64,000 nucleotides of DNA, from positions 416,001 to 480,000 of the forward strand of contig CAVPJU010000006.1 in the NCBI GenBank assembly GCA_963705505.1. The letters are read 5' to 3'. The translations under genes were made by a program, and so were the position numbers. A model generated the notes under the pieces. The model ran no database searches, was not told the origin of the DNA, and worked only from the letters and a program-made list of their open reading frames with translations. Source of the DNA: an uncultured bacterium. GTDB taxonomy: Bacteria; Desulfobacterota_D; UBA1144; Nemesobacterales; UBA2774. Positions 58,485-64,000 of the stretch are shown here, one piece after another (within the stretch, counting starts at the first letter, position 1; every line of letters begins with the position of its first letter).

Positions 58485-61400
58485 TTGAATATATCCGGGA
58501 TTTTCATACGCAGGCCCATTATGACGACGCTCATAATGTTGGGCATTCTGCTTTTCGGTATCGTGGGTTACAGGTCTTTACCAGTGAGCGACCTTCCGAA
58601 CGTCGATTTTCCTACGCTCCTGGTATCGGCCAGCCTTCCCGGAGCGAGCCCCGAAACGATGGCGTCATCAGTCGCCACACCGCTCGAGCGTCAGTTCTCC
58701 ACGATCGAAGGCCTGAGCTCCATGAGCTCGGTAAACGCGCTGGGATCGACTCAAATCACTCTTCAGTTCGACCTCAGCAGGCAGCTTGACTCAGCCGCCC
58801 AGGACGTTCAGACGGCGATTTCCCGCGCCACGCCGCTGCTCCCTCCGGACATGCCCCAGCCGCCCACTTACAGGAAGGTGAATCCCGCAGACCAGCCCAT
58901 CCTGTATTATGCGGTGATCTCGGAAACCCTCCCGCTCTGGGAGCTTAACGAGTACGCGGATACCATCATGGCGCAGCGTATTTCCATGGTCAGCGGCGTT
59001 GCACAGGTACAGATCTTCGGCGCTCAGAAATACGCAGTGAGGATACAGCTCGACCCCGACGCGCTCAGCAGCAAAGGCATCGGCATAAATGAAGTCCAGG
59101 ACGCCGTGAGTAACGCGAACGTCAATATGCCGACCGGGACTCTATACGGTCACGACAAGGCCTTTACCGTGCTCGCGACGGGACAGCTTTATAATGCGGA
59201 GCCGTACCGCGATATCATCGTCGCTTACCGTGACGGATCTCCCGTGCGCCTCGGTCAGCTGGGAAGGGTGATCGACGGGGTCGAAGAGGATAAGAACGCC
59301 GCCTGGTTCGTAACGCCCCAGGGCTCGATTAGGGCGATAGTGCTCGCCGTTCAGCGTCAGCCCGGGACGAATTCGACCGCTGTCGCGGACGCGGTCAAAG
59401 AGGTCATACCGAAACTCGAGTCTTATCTTCCGCCCTCGGTTCATCTGCAGCTTCTGTATGACCGTTCCGCTTCTATAAGGGAATCGATGTCCGAGGTCAG
59501 GTTCACGATGATGCTGACGCTGGGTCTCGTTGTAATGGTCATATTCCTGTTCCTGAGAAATATTTCCGCCACGGTTATTCCGAGCCTTGCGCTCCCTCTC
59601 TCTATCGTGGGGACCTTCGTCGTCATGTATATGCTCGGTTTCAGCATGAATAACCTTTCCATGATGGCGCTCATCCTGGCTACCGGTTTTGTTGTCGACG
59701 ACGCCATAGTGATGCTCGAGAACATCGTGCGGCACCTGGAGATGGGAAAGACCCCCCTTCAGGCGGCTCTGGACGGCTCCAGGGAAATCAGCTTTACGCT
59801 CGTTTCCATGACGCTCTCGCTCGCCGCGGTGTTTATTCCGGTGCTCCTTATGGGAGGGGTCATAGGCAGACTGTTCAACGAGTTCGCGGTATCGATCACT
59901 GCCTCAATACTCATCTCCGGTTTCGTATCGCTCACTCTTACGCCCATGCTCTGCAGCCGGTTCCTCCGCAGCGAGAAGGAGAAAAAACACGGCCGATTGT
60001 ATAATGTGACCGAGAAATATTTTGACACCATGTTCAGGGCGTACGAATGGAGCCTGAGGCGCGTGCTCGATCACCGCAGGGCATTTTTGATTTTAAACGG
60101 AATAATACTTATCATCACCGCCTTCCTTTTTGTGAAGATACCGAAGGGGTTTCTCCCTAACGAAGACCAGGGCACGATATTCACGATTACCGAAGCCCCA
60201 CAGGGGACGTCGTTTGATAAAATGATCGAATATCAGAAGGCCGTGGCCGATGTGGTGCGTACGAGCCCTTACATCGACGCGTTTTTTTCGGCCATAGGCT
60301 CGGGAGGGTCCGGAACGTCGGGACTCAATCAGGGACGCATGTTCTTCCACCTTATTCCCCGCTCGGAGCGCCCGTCTTCGTTTGAGATCATCGAGGAGCT
60401 TCGACCGAAGCTCGCAGAGGTGCCGGGGGTCACCGCGTTTATGCAGGACCTGCCGGAGATACGGCTCGGGGGACAGCTGACAAAAAGCGCTTATCAATTC
60501 ACGATTCAGAGCCCTGATCTCGACGAGCTTTACAAATATGCTCCCATACTCGAGGAAAAAATGCGGACGATGCCCGAGCTTCAGGACGTGACGAGCGACC
60601 TCGAGATAAAGAATCCGCAGGTGAACGTCGATATCGACCGCGATAAAGCCGCCGTTCTGGGCGTATCGGCGGGGCAGATAGAGAACGCGCTCTACAACGC
60701 CTACGGCGACAGGTGGGTTTCGACAATATACGCGCCTACGAATCAGTATAAGGTGATAATGGAGCTTGAGCCCCAGTATCAGATGGATACGGACGCCCTG
60801 TCGAAGCTCTATATCAATTCGTCGGACAAGCGTTTGATCCCGCTCGATACGGTCGCGACTTTTAAAGAGGACCTCGGCCCCAAGACCATAAACCATCTGG
60901 GGCAGTTCCCTGCCGTAACGATTTCATTCAATCTTAAACCCGGGGTTGCTCTCGGGGACGCCGTAAGCAGCATTAACAAGGTTGCAAGCGATACACTGCC
61001 CCCGAATATGAGCACCACGTTCCAGGGAGTTGCGCAGGAGTTCCAGAAATCGCTCGGAGGGCTCGGGCTCCTCCTGCTTTTCTCGATCCTGGTCATATAT
61101 ATGATTTTGGGCATTCTCTACGAGAGCTTCATTCATCCAATAACGATCCTCTCCGGGCTCCCGTCTGCGGGCTTCGGGGCACTTTTGATCCTTATGATTT
61201 TCGGGATGGAATTGAACGTGTACGGATTCGTAGGGCTGATAATGCTCATAGGCATAGTCAAGAAAAATGCGATCATGCAGATCGACTTCGCATTGGATGC
61301 CCAGAGGAATGAGGGGAAGAGCCCGGTCGATGCGATATACCAGGGCTGTCTCATCCGTTTCCGTCCGATCATGATGACTACGATGGCCGCGATGCTGGGC

Positions 61401-61616
61401 GCGCTGCCCCTCGCACTCGGCCACGGCGCGGGAGCCGAGTCCCGCCGTCCGCTGGGCATGACCGTAGTGGGGGGACTGATTTTCTCGCAGCTCATCACCC
61501 TTTACCTCACACCTGTCTTCTACATCTATATGGACAAGTTCCAGAGCTTCGTTCCTAAATTTTCCCTCGGCCGCCTGAGAGGAAAGCGGTCGGGAGAAAC
61601 CTACGCTTCGCGCTGA
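58485..61616 (+). CDS. RND efflux transporter permease (MdtB/MdtC-like)
   Basis: FIRRPI.TTL, PGASPETMAS.VATPLE, GFVVDDAIV, GIVKKNAIM, RFRPIMMTT. Confidence 0.95.
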   Translation: MNISGIFIRRPIMTTLIMLGILLFGIVGYRSLPVSDLPNVDFPTLLVSASLPGASPETMASSVATPLERQFSTIEGLSSMSSVNALGSTQITLQFDLSRQLDSAAQDVQTAISRATPLLPPDMPQPPTYRKVNPADQPILYYAVISETLPLWELNEYADTIMAQRISMVSGVAQVQIFGAQKYAVRIQLDPDALSSKGIGINEVQDAVSNANVNMPTGTLYGHDKAFTVLATGQLYNAEPYRDIIVAYRDGSPVRLGQLGRVIDGVEEDKNAAWFVTPQGSIRAIVLAVQRQPGTNSTAVADAVKEVIPKLESYLPPSVHLQLLYDRSASIRESMSEVRFTMMLTLGLVVMVIFLFLRNISATVIPSLALPLSIVGTFVVMYMLGFSMNNLSMMALILATGFVVDDAIVMLENIVRHLEMGKTPLQAALDGSREISFTLVSMTLSLAAVFIPVLLMGGVIGRLFNEFAVSITASILISGFVSLTLTPMLCSRFLRSEKEKKHGRLYNVTEKYFDTMFRAYEWSLRRVLDHRRAFLILNGIILIITAFLFVKIPKGFLPNEDQGTIFTITEAPQGTSFDKMIEYQKAVADVVRTSPYIDAFFSAIGSGGSGTSGLNQGRMFFHLIPRSERPSSFEIIEELRPKLAEVPGVTAFMQDLPEIRLGGQLTKSAYQFTIQSPDLDELYKYAPILEEKMRTMPELQDVTSDLEIKNPQVNVDIDRDKAAVLGVSAGQIENALYNAYGDRWVSTIYAPTNQYKVIMELEPQYQMDTDALSKLYINSSDKRLIPLDTVATFKEDLGPKTINHLGQFPAVTISFNLKPGVALGDAVSSINKVASDTLPPNMSTTFQGVAQEFQKSLGGLGLLLLFSILVIYMILGILYESFIHPITILSGLPSAGFGALLILMIFGMELNVYGFVGLIMLIGIVKKNAIMQIDFALDAQRNEGKSPVDAIYQGCLIRFRPIMMTTMAAMLGALPLALGHGAGAESRRPLGMTVVGGLIFSQLITLYLTPVFYIYMDKFQSFVPKFSLGRLRGKRSGETYASR

Positions 61617-61930
61617 GCGATGTCATTCAGGGATTCATCGGGTCTATCCTTATTTGAATGAAGACGAATAAGAGCGGGAGTGTTTTGAGACCGTGTAATT
61701 CCGATTCGGCAAAAGCGCGCCCGGGATTTTATGTTGACATATAATAGTGAATATCCTAAACTTACACTAAAACATAAAAACCGAGGATTGAAGCAATAAC
61801 TCGTTATGACAGAAGCCGACCCTCATTTGTGTCACCGTATATCTATCTTTTTTAAATTCCCAGCCTTTAAAACAGATTTTTTTATCAGGAACATTCGACT
61901 AAATAAGTCAGCTTCCGGGATTTAATCAGC

Positions 61931-62914
61931 ATGATAAATGAACTGAGCGCTCTTCGTCTCATCGAAGAGCAGTTTCATGGCGCAGCGAAATGCGTTGAGG
62001 TAGGAATTGGCGACGACGCAGCGGCTTTAAAGGTCGCACCGGGGAAGCTCCTGCTTGCGACGACGGATTGTCAGGTCGAGGACGTCCATTTTCAAAAGTC
62101 CCGTATTTCTCCGAAAGAGCTTGCGAGGAAGTCAGTCGCCGTATCCGTAAGCGATATCGGGGCTATGGGCGGCGTGCCGAAATTCATCCTCGCGTCTCTG
62201 GGGTTTTCCGGGAACGAGGACGAAGGCTATCTAATGGAATTGATTAACGGGTTCAGGTCCTCTGAAGAAGAGTTCGGAGTGAAGCTTGTGGGGGGGAATC
62301 TGAGCGCGTCCGATAAACTCTTTCTGGACGTCACGGCGCTCGGCGAGGTAGAGCCTGAGAAACTGCTCAGGAGGAGCGGGGCTCAGCCGGGGGACATTAT
62401 ATACGTGAGCGGCACGCTCGGGGACTCCGCGCTCGGACTGAGACTGCTCATGGACGAAAAGAGGTCCGGGGAAGACGCTTATTTGATCGACAGGCACATA
62501 CGTCCGCGTCCGCAGCTCTCTTTAGGAAGAAAACTCGCCGAGAGCGGGCTCGTCACTTCTATGATAGACGTGAGCGACGGTCTGCTTCTTGACCTCGAGC
62601 GGATAACTTTACAGCAGGGCGTGGGAGGAAGGGTTCTATTAAACCAAATTCCTCTCTCTCCCGAGTATTGTGAATATATTATGGATTACACCGGAGATTT
62701 TTTTGAATTGGCTTTGAGCGGCGGAGAGGATTACGAGCTCCTTTTTACCTCAGCCCCTGCAAAGAAAGCGGAGGTTCGGGAACTCTCCGGCGGTCTCAAG
62801 ATAAACATAACGGAAATCGGAGAGGTCGTGCCCGGGGAGACGCTCACGGTCCTCGATTCAAGCGGAAAGGAAATAAGTTTAACCAGGAAGGGTTTTATTC
62901 ACTTCGGCAATTAA
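61931..62914 (+). CDS. thiL: Thiamine-monophosphate kinase
   Basis: GIGDDAA, VHF, SDIGAMGG, MIDVSDGL, GGEDYELLF. Confidence 0.95.
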   Translation: MINELSALRLIEEQFHGAAKCVEVGIGDDAAALKVAPGKLLLATTDCQVEDVHFQKSRISPKELARKSVAVSVSDIGAMGGVPKFILASLGFSGNEDEGYLMELINGFRSSEEEFGVKLVGGNLSASDKLFLDVTALGEVEPEKLLRRSGAQPGDIIYVSGTLGDSALGLRLLMDEKRSGEDAYLIDRHIRPRPQLSLGRKLAESGLVTSMIDVSDGLLLDLERITLQQGVGGRVLLNQIPLSPEYCEYIMDYTGDFFELALSGGEDYELLFTSAPAKKAEVRELSGGLKINITEIGEVVPGETLTVLDSSGKEISLTRKGFIHFGN

Positions 62915-64000
62915 ATGGACGACGCAGCTTTAACTTATAACCTTTTATTAATCGTGCTGCTTCTTCTTCTGGCGGGCTTTTTCAGCGCGTCCGAGGGAGC
63001 GCTTTTTTCATTGGTCAGGCATCAGCGCGAGAGGCTCAAGAAGGAAGGGCGAAAGAGCGCGAGACTCATTGAGAAGCTCCTTCACGAACCGTATAAACTT
63101 ATTATAACGATTCTTTTTGCCGACGAAGTAGTCAATGTCGCCTATACGCTTGTAATAGGACTGACGGTCAATAAGCTGCTCGGGGGTTTTTCCGAGCAGT
63201 CGATAACCCTGATTTCGATAGCGATCGCGTCCCCGAGCCTGCTCCTTCTCGGGGAGATAGGCCCCAAGACCCTCGGTGTTAAGTATCCGCGAATAATTGC
63301 GGGGATAGTCTCTTATCCTCTCCATATATTCCACATTGTGATAACGCCGGTCAGATGGGTGCTCGTCATTCTGTCGATCGGGTTCACACGGCTTCTGGGC
63401 GGAAAGATCGAATACGAGCATAGCAAGGAGTTTACGCCCGAGGAGGTCAAGGTTCTGGTGGGGCTAGGGAGCGAGGAAGGCGTAATAACCGACATAGAGA
63501 AAAAGCTTGTAAGCAACCTCTTCAGGCTGGAAGAGGTGCCGGCGTACAAAATCATGACTCCCTCCATCGACTGCTTTTTACTGCCTGTAAATATTTCGCG
63601 CAAGGACGCTATTTATGAAATAAAGAAAAGGGGATTTTCGAGGACGCCGGTTTATGAAGGCGATAAGGACAATATTGTGGGCGTCCTTTATGCAAAAGAC
63701 CTCCTGTCATGCGACCTGTCGGATGATGTGACATTGAGGAGCATCCTGAAGCCTCCGTATTTTATTCCGAGGACGAAGATGGCGTTCGATCTCCTCAAAG
63801 AGCTTCAGCATGAGCGGAAACACATAGCGATCGTCGTGGACGAGTACGGCCGTTTCGACGGCATAGTGACGATGGAGGACATACTCGAAGAGCTTTTCGG
63901 TGAGATCGAAGATGAAAGAAGGGTGGTAAAAAAGCCTCAAGTCAGGTGGGAGGGCGAGTCTCTGGTAATTCCGGGCGGTATGAAGATAGAAGAATTTAAT
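62915..64000 (+). CDS. CNNM/HlyC-CorC (DUF21 + CBS) transporter, truncated by window end
   Basis: Manual translation from the ATG at 62915: AGFFSASEGALFSL, GEIGPK, IMTP, FSRTPVY, VVDEYG..GIVT.EDILEELFGEI.DE. Confidence 0.9.
   Translation, partial: MDDAALTYNLLLIVLLLLLAGFFSASEGALFSLVRHQRERLKKEGRKSARLIEKLLHEPYKLIITILFADEVVNVAYTLVIGLTVNKLLGGFSEQSITLISIAIASPSLLLLGEIGPKTLGVKYPRIIAGIVSYPLHIFHIVITPVRWVLVILSIGFTRLLGGKIEYEHSKEFTPEEVKVLVGLGSEEGVITDIEKKLVSNLFRLEEVPAYKIMTPSIDCFLLPVNISRKDAIYEIKKRGFSRTPVYEGDKDNIVGVLYAKDLLSCDLSDDVTLRSILKPPYFIPRTKMAFDLLKELQHERKHIAIVVDEYGRFDGIVTMEDILEELFGEIEDERRVVKKPQVRWEGESLVIPGGMKIEEFN

Noticed and set aside
4632..61498. Many long antisense or overlapping ORFs in the track (e.g. 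4632..5405, 17465..18127, 21288..22031, 34690..35331, 60093..60896)
   Set aside because: Shadow frames of well-supported genes, with no recognisable motifs
61763..61930. TPP riboswitch or sRNA in the thiL leader
   Set aside because: No CTGAGA/ACCTGA/GCGTAGGGAA core; only a weak hairpin
1..64000. CRISPR array or rRNA
   Set aside because: No regularly spaced 25-40 bp direct repeats and no rRNA-like sequence seen

Overview
A 64-kb bacterial chromosome segment spanning the replication origin (dnaA-oriC-dnaN, with a clear DnaA-trio unwinding element). Gene style suggests a deltaproteobacteria-like lineage, possibly Dadabacteria/Desulfobacterota; this is inference only. Most of the window is housekeeping: lipA end, apgM, mazG, iscA/erpA, an unusual alpha-beta fused acetyl-CoA carboxyltransferase, a surface-glycan cluster, a murQ-anmK-nagZ-symporter peptidoglycan-recycling operon, purH, a PhoB/PhoR-porin-phosphoesterase locus with Pho boxes, pheA, gspLMN, comF, ferritin, an RND pump and thiL. 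Two integrase-less integrated elements stand out. (1) A 6.1-kb insertion splits comM just before its Walker A motif. It is bounded by a 5-bp direct repeat with palindromic junctions and a 9-bp in-frame duplication, and carries only two large, translationally coupled genes of unrecognised function (1252 aa and about 651 aa). This is the best candidate for an undescribed system. (2) A 1.1-kb mini-island in tRNA-Gly(CCC) has a 48-bp att duplication and one DUF3303-like gene. Five small frameshifts in otherwise intact genes suggest read or assembly indel errors.
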